DNA from: Myxococcota bacterium
GTDB taxonomy: Bacteria > UBA10199 > JADFYH01
Direction of reading: 5' to 3'
NCBI GenBank assembly: GCA_052034865.1
Contig: JBPOIC010000039.1
Coordinates: 5,195 to 69,194, forward strand
DNA length: 64,000 nucleotides
The notes beneath the pieces are model-generated. The model saw nothing but the letters and a program-made list of their open reading frames with translations. It did not search any database and was not told the origin of the DNA. The position numbers and the translations under genes are program-made. Shown here piece by piece: positions 27,563-36,904 of the stretch. Each line of letters opens with the position of its first letter. Position 1 is the first letter of the stretch.

Positions 27563-28866
27563 ATCGATGCCATTATCTTTCTTAGGGTAGTGCCATCTTT
27601 TGCTTCTTCAGGAACAAAAGAAGAGAAGAGTTCAATTTCTGATAGAATAATTTCCTTACGAAAGTTCTCTCCTAAATCCTTTTTATTCCACTGCTCCCTT
27701 AAACTATTCCAGATGAGTTCTTTTTGAGTATCGGGCCTTTCCTGTTCCATTCGCAATGCTTCCATCAGAGTCGAGATGGCGCTTAAATCTTCAGACTTCC
27801 CTAAAATTTCAATAGCAAATTTTCTGATTTCAACATTTTCACTTAAGCAAAGCCCTAAGAGAATTTGATGGGTATACGATGGATTTTGCTGGGTGAGTTT
27901 TAAAAAGAGCTCCTGCAGTTGAGGTGAATAAGTTTTTAGAAATCTTTCTCCCCGAGACTGTTTCAACGAAGCTTCCCATTTTTGTGAAAGAAGGCGGGCA
28001 AACCTGAAAGGATCTTCTTCTTTTTCGAAGAGTGATTTGAAAACGGTTTGATCGAGTTTTTGAATGACCGTTTCCTGCCAGGTAATATCCCAGGAGAAAT
28101 CTTTCGTGGAGATGAGACTTGCTAATGATTCTTCGGCACACTGAAGATCGCGTGCATCGCCGATTTCAATGAGGAGTGAAATCAGCACAGGAAGGCTGAG
28201 AGTAGGACTATAATGAAAATCGTAATGTTCATACTCAAAGCGACTTAAATTCGACTGCCACTCATCAAACAGAGTAGAATCGGTCAGTGCGCATGAATGC
28301 TGAAATAAAAGATGAACCCCAAGCTCCAGGGCTTTTTCAATCTCTGAAGTCATGGGCCGTCCCAAAAATCGAATCAACTCTACCGCTCGGTTTCGTTCAC
28401 TAAACCGTGCATTGCTTAAGTTAATTAAAAGATCATGGGCTAGCTTATGAGTTTCAGGACTTTGCTCCCCGATCTGTCCCCATTTTTTAAGCAGATGAAA
28501 AATCTCTATTCTTTTTTTCAGTGATGGATAGGAAGACAGCAAAGGAGATGAAATGTCCTGCGCCATATTCTTTTTGAAAAGATAGACTCGCCTTTCAAAG
28601 GCCAGGTTGCTTCGATTGGGATCTCCCAAAAGGCGATCGGCCAATTTTTCAAACCCCAGTTCATTAAGTTTTTGGCGGATTTCCGGATTGCGCAGGTCGG
28701 CATCCGGTTGAGTGGCCGAAATCAGGTAGGTCTTGAGTGGAGCGGTGTCGGGAAATAAATCAGTGGGAAGAATATTTTCTGCTTCTTCAGGTGTCAGCCC
28801 GTCTTTATCTGACAAGGCAGCCAGAAGCTTCTCAACACGGTCTCCTCCAATTCGCAACTCTGCCAT
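27559..28866 (-). CDS. HEAT-repeat protein, antisense to the nuo genes, in the position normally held by nuoI
   Basis: 435 aa. Repeated helical pairs such as NVEIRKFAIEILGKSEDLSAISTLMEAL resemble PBS-lyase/HEAT repeats. No catalytic motif recognised. Confidence 0.45.
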   Translation of the reverse strand: MAELRIGGDRVEKLLAALSDKDGLTPEEAENILPTDLFPDTAPLKTYLISATQPDADLRNPEIRQKLNELGFEKLADRLLGDPNRSNLAFERRVYLFKKNMAQDISSPLLSSYPSLKKRIEIFHLLKKWGQIGEQSPETHKLAHDLLINLSNARFSERNRAVELIRFLGRPMTSEIEKALELGVHLLFQHSCALTDSTLFDEWQSNLSRFEYEHYDFHYSPTLSLPVLISLLIEIGDARDLQCAEESLASLISTKDFSWDITWQETVIQKLDQTVFKSLFEKEEDPFRFARLLSQKWEASLKQSRGERFLKTYSPQLQELFLKLTQQNPSYTHQILLGLCLSENVEIRKFAIEILGKSEDLSAISTLMEALRMEQERPDTQKELIWNSLREQWNKKDLGENFRKEIILSEIELFSSFVPEEAKDGTTLRKIMASI

Positions 28867-29102
28867 CTGAAAAACCCTCCCCCGGATTTACAGCAAGCAC
28901 GCTGTTACAGTGTTTTATAAGGTAGTAATGAAGGCTCAATTGCTTCTAACCACAATGGGTATTATATTTTTTCCTTAAGGTCTCATTGTGGAGAAGCACT
29001 TGAAGCTTTATTTCTGATGAATTGCCTTGAATAAAATTGTGGTATTCGTTAGTGAATGGCCATTCAAAAAGCGTTCGAATTGTAGCCCTATCCCAAAAAA
29101 AT

Positions 29103-29603
29103 ATGCAACCGATTCTCTTCTATCTTTTTGGCGGCTTGGCCCTTGCAACGGCGCTGGGCGTCATAGTCTTTAAAAATCCCATTTCCTCTGCTTTCTCTCT
29201 CATCGTTTCTTTTTTTGCCATGGCGGGTTTATATGCCATGCTCGATGCCCACTTTTTGGCGATCATTCAAATCCTGGTTTATGCAGGTGCCATTATGGTG
29301 CTCTTTATTTTTGTCATCATGCTCTTGAATCTTCAGGGGGATGAATTGAAAGAGCGTCCTTTTCATCCTTATTTTAAAGGTCTTGCGGCTTTATTGCTCC
29401 TGGGGTTTGGAGGTGTGCTGTATCTTGTCCTGGGACCGATGAATACTTCAATGAGAGAAGTGGGCGATGGTTTCGGTAGCATTAAAGAGGTAGGGACTGA
29501 GCTATTTACACGTTACTGGTTTGCTTTCGAATATACCTCGATTTTGTTACTGGTTGCCCTGATTGGTGGAGTTGTATTGGCAAAAAGGGAGTTAAAACCA
29601 TGA
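29103..29603 (+). CDS. nuoJ: NADH-quinone oxidoreductase subunit J
   Basis: MQPILFYLFGGLALATALGVI... typical NuoJ; ATG 29103 (ORF opens 29037). Confidence 0.85.
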   Translation: MQPILFYLFGGLALATALGVIVFKNPISSAFSLIVSFFAMAGLYAMLDAHFLAIIQILVYAGAIMVLFIFVIMLLNLQGDELKERPFHPYFKGLAALLLLGFGGVLYLVLGPMNTSMREVGDGFGSIKEVGTELFTRYWFAFEYTSILLLVALIGGVVLAKRELKP

Positions 29604-29905
29604 CCCTCGAGATCTCACACTATCTCATTTTGAGTGCCGCACTTTTTACCTTGGGCCTTGCGGGCCTGGTGATCCGAAGAAATATTCTGGTTATCTTCAT
29701 GTCCATTGAGCTTTTGCTCAATGCAACCAATCTGGCTTTTGTTACCTTTTCCCGCTTTCGCGGAAGCATTGATGGCCAGATCGCCTCTTTTTTTGTGATT
29801 GCCGTCGCCGCCGCTGAAGCCGCTGTTGGTTTGGCGATCGTGATTGCCATCTTCAGAAACCGGGGAACAGTGAAGGTGGATGAGTTGAACATGATGAAGA
29901 GATAG
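29600..29905 (+). CDS. nuoK: NADH-quinone oxidoreductase subunit K
   Basis: 101 aa, three TM helices, 4-nt overlap with nuoJ. Confidence 0.9.
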   Translation: MTLEISHYLILSAALFTLGLAGLVIRRNILVIFMSIELLLNATNLAFVTFSRFRGSIDGQIASFFVIAVAAAEAAVGLAIVIAIFRNRGTVKVDELNMMKR

Positions 29906-29919
29906 AGATTGTAAAAATA

Positions 29920-30096
29920 GGTGCCGATAAGGTTCTGACAGCCATTTTAAGAGGAGTCTCCGACTCCAGTCTTCACTTTCTGGATATTTGTCGTTTTCTT
30001 AAATAACTGGGTTTTGAGGAAAAGATTCGTGGAAGACATCATATCTTTTCCAAAGAGGGAATTGAGGAAATCATCAATCTTCAGCCTGCCGGATAA
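29920..30096 (+). pseudogene. hicA-like toxin remnant (single in-frame TAA, truncated)
   Basis: ...KVLTAILRG...FLK, then TAA(30004-06), then LGFEEKIRGRHHIFSKEGIEEI. GF..R.kGSHHxF..(E/P)G resembles the HicA/YcfA core. No start codon, C-terminus missing. Confidence 0.3.
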
Positions 30097-30161
30097 AAAA
30101 CGAAGCCATCAGGTTAAGCAGGTGTGAGCTATTGTGTTGAAATTACAAGTCGGAGATCTGA

Positions 30162-30421
30162 ATACATAAATCCGAAATCATTATTTACTGGAGCAAAGAA
30201 GATCATAGTTTAGTCGCAGATGCTCCTGAGTTGCCAGGTTGTATGGCGAATCCATCTATAAGAAAGCCCTCCAGAACGCAGATTATTCGGGAATGGATTT
30301 AAACTGCAAAAGAGTTGGGATGCGAAATTCCCGAGCCAAAAGGAAGGTTAATGTTTGCTTAAAAAGAACTTCCGAAATTTTATATTTTAACTCACTCCTT
30401 CATCCTCTCATTAGAAACTGA
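30162..30421 (+). pseudogene. hicB-family (UPF0150) antitoxin gene, frameshifted
   Basis: IIIYWSKEDHSLVADAPELPGC (30162-30242) carries the UPF0150 signature V.(E/D)LPGC. The usual continuation G(D/E)T/S..EAL.NA appears in the +2 frame as GESIYKKALQNAD (ORF 30239-30421). Confidence 0.5.
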
Positions 30422-30443
30422 GGAAGGGAGCCACGAATAAATT

Positions 30444-32405
30444 ATGACGCCTCCCCTCTATCTCATTCCTCTCCTGCCCTTGTTGGGTGCCCTGATCAAC
30501 GGTGCAACGGCATTGCACGTTGCTTACTGGAAGAAAAAACCCTCAGAAACTTTCGTGAGTGTAGTGGGAGTATTTTTCCCCTTACTTTCTTTTGCTTTTG
30601 CCCTGATGGCAGCCTGGCCTTTTATTTTGGGTGGAGTGTCCGAAGCGCGGGTGGACCCCGTTTTTGAATGGTTGGCAGCAGGAAACTTTAAGGTCGGATT
30701 CGATTTGCAGCTGGATCGACTCTCCTCCCTTATGGTTCTTATCGTGACAGGGATTGGAACTCTCATCCATCTTTACTCAACGGGATATATGAAGGGGGAT
30801 GGCGCCTTTGCCCGCTATTTTACTTATTTAAATTTATTCCTTTTCTCGATGCTCCTGCTCATCTTGGGCAATAACCTTTTAATTCTTTTCATTGGTTGGG
30901 AAGGCGTCGGATTGTGCAGTTATCTCCTCATCGGTTTTTGGTTCGATGATCCAGCCAAGGCTTCAGCCGGAAAAAAGGCCTTTGTGGTAAACCGAATAGG
31001 TGATTTTGGCTTTTTGCTCGCGGTTTTCATCATCGTTGCCCTTCTGCTTCCCAATGCCCAAGCTGCCTCTGAGGGAATCTTAAGCTTTTCCACCCTTGAA
31101 AAATACAAAGAGATTTTGGCCCCGATGGCCACAGCAATTACGCTTCTGCTCTTCGTTGGAGCGACCGGTAAATCTGCTCAAATTCCTTTATATGTCTGGC
31201 TGCCAGATGCCATGGCGGGTCCAACACCAGTTTCTGCACTCATCCACGCCGCGACTATGGTGACCGCGGGTGTATACATGGTGGCACGACTTTCATTTCT
31301 TTTTGATCTGGCTCCTTTTTCCAGGGAGGTGGTTGTCACCATTGGAGCTGCCACGGCCCTTTTTGCGGCCACGATCGGTATCGTTCAGCGCGACATCAAA
31401 AAAGTTCTCGCCTACTCAACTGTTTCCCAGCTGGGCTACATGTTCATCGGAGTAGGGCTGGGCGCCAATACCGCCGGGGTTTTTCACTTAATGACCCACG
31501 CATTTTTTAAAGCCTGTCTCTTTTTGGGATCGGGCTCCGTCATTCACGCCATGCATGGCGAACAGGATATTTTCAAAATGGGCGGACTTAAGAAATGGAT
31601 GCCTATAACGTTCTGGACCTTTTTTATCTCTACTATCGCGATCGCGGGCATTCCTCCTTTTTCCGGATTTTTCAGCAAGGATGAAATCCTCTTCCAGGCC
31701 TTTGACCGTGGCTATCCTGTTCAGGGAATGTTGGGACTGATTGCTGCTGGAATGACGGCCTTTTATATGTTTCGCCTGACGACTCTGACGTTCATGGGCA
31801 AGTGCCGGGCCGATCATCACACTCAGGAGCATCTTCACGAATCTCCCTGGACGATGACCCTCCCTCTTATTCTTCTTGCCATTCTCGCGATTGGGGGAGG
31901 TTGGGTAGGAATTCCCGAGGCCTTTGGTGGACATAATCATTTGCACCATTGGTTAGGACTCGAAGGACACATCGGATCTTTTGCGGAAGAGTCTCATCAA
32001 ACCGCCGAACATGGGCCAGCCGAGATTCGCCTCGCTGTTTTCAGTGCGGTGTGGGCCTTGTTCTGGTCTGTCTTTGCTGTTGTACTTTATCTCAAAAAGA
32101 CCCAATGGATGGACGCTCTTGAGAAAAAACTCAAAGGCTTAAATACCCTGGTTTATAACAAATATTATGTCGATGAAATTTATGAGACTCTGATCGTAAA
32201 ACCCTTGGCCTGGATTTCTGAAAAGGTCTTGTGGCGTGGGGTCGATGCAGGTGTGATCGACGGAATCTTAGTCAATGGAGGTGCTCGTTTTACCCAATTT
32301 TTAGGTCAGATCGCAGGGACTCTTCAAACAGGAATAGTGAATGCCTATGCCCTCTGGTTTTTGGCGGGGGTAGTGGGAATTCTGGTCTGGGTCCTGTCGA
32401 TGTAA
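30444..32405 (+). CDS. nuoL: NADH-quinone oxidoreductase subunit L
   Basis: 653 aa antiporter-like subunit. Confidence 0.9.
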   Translation: MTPPLYLIPLLPLLGALINGATALHVAYWKKKPSETFVSVVGVFFPLLSFAFALMAAWPFILGGVSEARVDPVFEWLAAGNFKVGFDLQLDRLSSLMVLIVTGIGTLIHLYSTGYMKGDGAFARYFTYLNLFLFSMLLLILGNNLLILFIGWEGVGLCSYLLIGFWFDDPAKASAGKKAFVVNRIGDFGFLLAVFIIVALLLPNAQAASEGILSFSTLEKYKEILAPMATAITLLLFVGATGKSAQIPLYVWLPDAMAGPTPVSALIHAATMVTAGVYMVARLSFLFDLAPFSREVVVTIGAATALFAATIGIVQRDIKKVLAYSTVSQLGYMFIGVGLGANTAGVFHLMTHAFFKACLFLGSGSVIHAMHGEQDIFKMGGLKKWMPITFWTFFISTIAIAGIPPFSGFFSKDEILFQAFDRGYPVQGMLGLIAAGMTAFYMFRLTTLTFMGKCRADHHTQEHLHESPWTMTLPLILLAILAIGGGWVGIPEAFGGHNHLHHWLGLEGHIGSFAEESHQTAEHGPAEIRLAVFSAVWALFWSVFAVVLYLKKTQWMDALEKKLKGLNTLVYNKYYVDEIYETLIVKPLAWISEKVLWRGVDAGVIDGILVNGGARFTQFLGQIAGTLQTGIVNAYALWFLAGVVGILVWVLSM

Positions 32406-32498
32406 GTGATTTGTTCAAGACTCCATCGGTTTTTATCTCCGGCTTGAAGACAGCGGAATGACGATCGAGTCTTAAAAATCAAACTGCAGGAGAGTTGA

Positions 32499-32894
32499 AT
32501 GGAGAATTTGCCAGTCGTAGGAGAGCAGAATAATCCATCAGGGAGCATCAATCCTTTTCAGATGCTCAACTGGTTGGTGGGAATCGTCTTAATCGGGATA
32601 GGTTGTGCTTTAAGTTACTGGTTGTTTCGAGCGATCGGCGATTTTTTATATGCCCCTGAAAAAATCGCTCTGCTCGGAAAAATTTTACAAACTCCCTCGG
32701 GAGATCAATCTATTCGCATTATATTAAATGGATCTCCGAATGGTACCGGTCAGGGAGTGACCGTTCAGTACAATGATTTTGTGAAATACTTTGTCTTTTT
32801 GGTGGTGGGTTTTATTTTGTTTGGATCGATTGGACGGATTATCTCGGCTTTTTTTAGTGCTGGAATTAAAGCCCTGACAGGAAGATTGCAGTAA
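32499..32894 (+). CDS. Hypothetical two-TM membrane protein inserted between nuoL and nuoM
   Basis: 131 aa, two hydrophobic helices (LNWLVGIVLIGIGCALSYWLF; YFVFLVVGFILFGSIG), no known motif. Confidence 0.35.
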   Translation: MENLPVVGEQNNPSGSINPFQMLNWLVGIVLIGIGCALSYWLFRAIGDFLYAPEKIALLGKILQTPSGDQSIRIILNGSPNGTGQGVTVQYNDFVKYFVFLVVGFILFGSIGRIISAFFSAGIKALTGRLQ

Positions 32895-33049
32895 TCTTTA
32901 GTACTTCATTAGTACTGCAGAATGGACGGAGCAAGTCCGTCTGACAACGGTGAGTTTTTAGATTTATTACTTTTCTGGTTTTTTCCCTTCTTCTGATTGG
33001 GATAAAACCCTTAAGGAAAACAACAGCTGTGGAATGGTGAAATAAAACA

Positions 33050-34543
33050 ATGGACCATTTTCTTTCCCTTATTATTTTTCTCCCCTTCATCGGCGCGATC
33101 CTGCTTCTTTTGATTCCAAAAGAAAAAAAATCCGCAATTCAAACCTTAAGTTTTCTGGTTTCCCTGATCACGTTTGTGATCTCGATCAAACTCTATTTTG
33201 GCTACGATCCAAAATCCTCAGAGCTGTTTCAGTTTAAAGAATCCTTCCCCTGGATAGAGGCCTTCAATATCCACTACACCGTCGGCCTCGATGGTATCAG
33301 CCTGCTGCTCTTTTTGCTCACGACGTTTATTGTACCCCTGGCCATCCTTTTTTCAACTGGATCTATCGATCGACGCGAAAAAGAATATTACGTTTTCCTT
33401 TTGATTCTGGAAACCGCCATGCTCGGTGCCTTTGCCGCCCTCGATCTGTTTTTGTTTTACGTATTTTGGGAGGCCATGCTCATCCCCATGTATTTTCTGG
33501 TGGGTATCTGGGGTGGGGCCCGAAGAGTTTACGCCGCGCTTAAATTCTTTATCTACACAATGCTTGGCTCCGTCCTCATGCTCGCGGCGATTCTTTATGT
33601 ATATTTTCAGGTCGGTGGCAGTTTTGCCTACACCGATTGGTTGCAGAATTTACACCTCACTCCGAATATCCAACTTGTTCTTTTCTCAGCCTTTGCGTTG
33701 TCCTTTGCGATCAAAGTTCCGATGTTTCCTTTGCATACCTGGTTACCGGATGCTCACGTGGAGGCGCCTACCGCGGGTTCAGTCATTCTGGCGGCGATCC
33801 TTTTGAAGATGGGCACTTACGGCTTTATTCGATTTGCCATGCCTTTGTTTCCGGATGCCGTCGCTCAGGCGCGGCCTGTGCTCGCAACTCTTGCAGTCGT
33901 AGGGATTGTTTACGGAGCCTTGGTTAGCATGGTGCAAACCGATATTAAAAAATTGGTCGCCTACTCTTCGGTTTCACACTTGGGTTTTGTAATGTTGGGT
34001 CTCATGGCCCTGACCCCGCAGTCGGTGGGAGGGGCGGTTTACCAAATGCTCAATCATGGTGTGTCTACCGGAGCTCTCTTCCTTTTGGTGGGGATGATTT
34101 ACGATCGCCGGCACACCCGACAAATTGCCGATTTTGGAGGGATCGCAAAGGTAATGCCTTTGTATACCACCCTCTTTTTGATCGTCACTTTTTCCTCGAT
34201 TGGCCTTCCTGGTACGAACGGATTTGTCGGTGAATTTTTGATCTTGATGGGATCGTTTCAAACCTTCCCGGTTGCAAGTGTGGTCGCAACTACAGGTGTG
34301 ATTCTCGCAGCGGTTTACATGCTTTGGATGGTTCAACGGGTTTTCTTTGGGGCCTTAAATAATCCTAAAAATGAAAAACTCAAAGATTTGAATCTGAAAG
34401 AAGCCGTCATCCTTTTTCCGCTGATTCTTCTTGTTTTCTGGATGGGATTTTATTCGAAACCGTTTTTTGAAAAGATGGATCCTTCGGTTGGAACGGTCAT
34501 TCAGAAAATGCAGGAGCAGTCTGCGGCTCTGGCAAAGAAATAA
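33050..34543 (+). CDS. nuoM: NADH-quinone oxidoreductase subunit M
   Basis: 497 aa antiporter-like subunit. Confidence 0.9.
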   Translation: MDHFLSLIIFLPFIGAILLLLIPKEKKSAIQTLSFLVSLITFVISIKLYFGYDPKSSELFQFKESFPWIEAFNIHYTVGLDGISLLLFLLTTFIVPLAILFSTGSIDRREKEYYVFLLILETAMLGAFAALDLFLFYVFWEAMLIPMYFLVGIWGGARRVYAALKFFIYTMLGSVLMLAAILYVYFQVGGSFAYTDWLQNLHLTPNIQLVLFSAFALSFAIKVPMFPLHTWLPDAHVEAPTAGSVILAAILLKMGTYGFIRFAMPLFPDAVAQARPVLATLAVVGIVYGALVSMVQTDIKKLVAYSSVSHLGFVMLGLMALTPQSVGGAVYQMLNHGVSTGALFLLVGMIYDRRHTRQIADFGGIAKVMPLYTTLFLIVTFSSIGLPGTNGFVGEFLILMGSFQTFPVASVVATTGVILAAVYMLWMVQRVFFGALNNPKNEKLKDLNLKEAVILFPLILLVFWMGFYSKPFFEKMDPSVGTVIQKMQEQSAALAKK

Positions 34544-34570
34544 GGATTCTTTATCTCTTATAAGAGAAAC

Positions 34571-36076
34571 GTGGAGCTTATGGATATTCAATGGCAAAGT
34601 TACGTGAACAGTCACCTTCCCCTTCTGATTATTATTGTGACGGGTCTTGTGACCATGATTGCAGGGCTCATCCTGGAGAAGGGAAGTCATAAAATCCTTC
34701 TGGCACTATCACTGATTGGGATTTGTTTTGCCTGGCTTTCCAGCTATCAAATTTGGGCTCTAGGTCTTTATAAAACAGGAAGTGATTTTTTAATCGTCGA
34801 CCGATTTTCCTCTTTTCTTTATCTCGTGATTTTGTTGAGTGGTTTTTTTTCCTGTTTGAGTCACTACGACTATTTCGAAAAACAAAACGGATATCATCCT
34901 GAAATCTATTCCCTCACTTTGTTTGCGCTTTCCGGCATGATGGTCATGGTTTCCACCACCCATCTCCTCCTCTTCTTTTTGGCCCTCGAGGTGATGAGTC
35001 TGGCGATCTATGTTCTGGTAGGTTTCAAACGCAAAGACCCACGCTCTAATGAAGGAGCTATAAAATATTTTATTTTAGGAGCGATGATCGCAGGATTTTT
35101 CCTTTACGGGACGGCTTTAATCTATGGAGGGACTGCTCAGCTGGATTTACAACATCTTCCCACGGGAGCTCTTCCGGAAAACTATCAGTTTCTGCTTACA
35201 ATCGGTGTTGTACTTGTCATTGTGAGCCTTGGTTTTAAGGTAGCCGCCGTTCCTTTTCATTTCTGGACCCCCGATGTGTACGAAGGGGCTCCGTTATCCG
35301 TGACCGGATTTATGGCCACAGCCGTGAAGGCAGCGGCGTTTGGAGCGCTTCTTCGTTTTCTCTTTGTGCTGACCCCCATCAAAGGGCTTCCCACATTTCA
35401 GATTCTTCAGTTTTTAGCGATCGCCACCTTGGTGGTCGGAAATCTGGTGGCCTTGTATCAAACCAATATCAAGCGCATGCTGGCTTATTCTTCCATTGCT
35501 CACGCGGGTTATATTCTTGTCGGTGTGTGTGCAACTTACGCAGCAGGTTTTTTCCATCCTCAGGTTTTAGGGGCCCCTGTTTTTTATCTGTTTGCCTATA
35601 GTCTGATGACCTTAGGTGCTTTTGCCGTGACAGCCGCGGTGGCTCATCCCTTAAACGATAATGTCGAGATTTCTCACTATAATGGCCTCGCAGAACGTTC
35701 ACCAAAGTTGGCAGCTGCGATGGCGGTCTTTATGTTTGCCCTTACAGGTATTCCGCCAAGTATTGGGTTCGCGGGAAAATTCTTTATATTCCGTGAGGCC
35801 GTTCATCAGGGACTTTATCCGCTAGTCATTGTGGGTGTGTTGATGAGTGCGGTATCCGCTTATTATTACCTACGGGTGATTGTGGCGATGTATTTCGGAT
35901 CTGCCCCTGATTCAGTGAATGCTCCTGAACGTCCAGTGGTCAAACCGGCGCTGGCTTTTGTCATTCTTTTCTGTCTGGTGAGTACCCTCTATATGGGCTT
36001 GGCTCCTTCCCGTTATTTAAAGATCTCCAGTGACTCGGATTTTATTTCTAAATCCCAAATCAGCCAGCTTCCTTAA
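34571..36076 (+). CDS. nuoN: NADH-quinone oxidoreductase subunit N
   Basis: 501 aa antiporter-like subunit. Confidence 0.9.
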   Translation: MELMDIQWQSYVNSHLPLLIIIVTGLVTMIAGLILEKGSHKILLALSLIGICFAWLSSYQIWALGLYKTGSDFLIVDRFSSFLYLVILLSGFFSCLSHYDYFEKQNGYHPEIYSLTLFALSGMMVMVSTTHLLLFFLALEVMSLAIYVLVGFKRKDPRSNEGAIKYFILGAMIAGFFLYGTALIYGGTAQLDLQHLPTGALPENYQFLLTIGVVLVIVSLGFKVAAVPFHFWTPDVYEGAPLSVTGFMATAVKAAAFGALLRFLFVLTPIKGLPTFQILQFLAIATLVVGNLVALYQTNIKRMLAYSSIAHAGYILVGVCATYAAGFFHPQVLGAPVFYLFAYSLMTLGAFAVTAAVAHPLNDNVEISHYNGLAERSPKLAAAMAVFMFALTGIPPSIGFAGKFFIFREAVHQGLYPLVIVGVLMSAVSAYYYLRVIVAMYFGSAPDSVNAPERPVVKPALAFVILFCLVSTLYMGLAPSRYLKISSDSDFISKSQISQLP

Positions 36077-36123
36077 CACTGAGCTTTAGCCGTCAATCTC
36101 CCTTCAAATTTCTTGACTCATAT

Positions 36124-36756
36124 ATGCTCAAAAACCTTGATGACTATTTGATGGAAAGCCTTGAGCTCAAGCAGGTGATCGGGTCCTGGGGCTTTAACTC
36201 CAATATCAATTTTACGGCCATGACACCCGAAGAAGGGAATGTCTGGTTTTTCGAGCAGGTCTTTAATTTCTTGCGTTCTTTTTTTGGTCTTGTTGTTCCC
36301 GATAATCTTGAGGTGATCACCTACAACGCCACACAACACATCCAGAAACAGCGGATGGAGCAACAGACGTTTCTCGATGAGCTCATGCTGATCATGAAAA
36401 ACCTCAAAGAACCCATCTGGTGCCTGCGCTTAAATCTCAACATCATGGGATTTTTAAGAACAAAGAACAGCCCGGATAAACCTGTTCGTCTGCAAATCCA
36501 GGAGCCTTGCAGTTTTATTCTCTGGGGTGGACCGGATGAGACAGGTTTTCAGACCTTCTCTGTCAGCTACACACTTTTCTCCAATACCTGCCTCGAAGGT
36601 GATGACCAGCTTCTTTGGTCGATTAATCAGCCGATTCTCGAAAAAGCCCTCCGCAAATGGGAAGAGCAAACCGGCCATGTGATTGATGTGGTAGAATCGA
36701 ATGGCGATCTTCCGGTTTATCGTCATGGTTTTGAAAAACCTGCGGAGATCCAGTAG
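36124..36756 (+). CDS. Hypothetical protein downstream of nuoN
   Basis: 210 aa, soluble, no recognised motif; 47 nt after nuoN stop, same strand. Confidence 0.35.
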   Translation: MLKNLDDYLMESLELKQVIGSWGFNSNINFTAMTPEEGNVWFFEQVFNFLRSFFGLVVPDNLEVITYNATQHIQKQRMEQQTFLDELMLIMKNLKEPIWCLRLNLNIMGFLRTKNSPDKPVRLQIQEPCSFILWGGPDETGFQTFSVSYTLFSNTCLEGDDQLLWSINQPILEKALRKWEEQTGHVIDVVESNGDLPVYRHGFEKPAEIQ

Positions 36757-36904
36757 CCCCCCATTCATAATTTCAAAATAAATTCAGGATATAGACAAAA
36801 CTCCAATCGATGTTGTCTCTCTGAGAAAGGGGGCGCTAAAGCAATGCGTTCAATCCTCCAATTTCTCAGCCTCCTTTAATTTAATCTGCTTAAAGGGGGT
36901 ACCT

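Noticed and set aside
23608-30006. Idea that the in-frame TAG (brnT) and TAA (hicA-like) indicate stop-codon reassignment
   Set aside because: Conserved genes throughout the window terminate normally at TAA/TAG/TGA (for example nuoF TAA, brnA TGA, nuoK TAG); two isolated cases in decaying TA genes are better explained as pseudogenisation.
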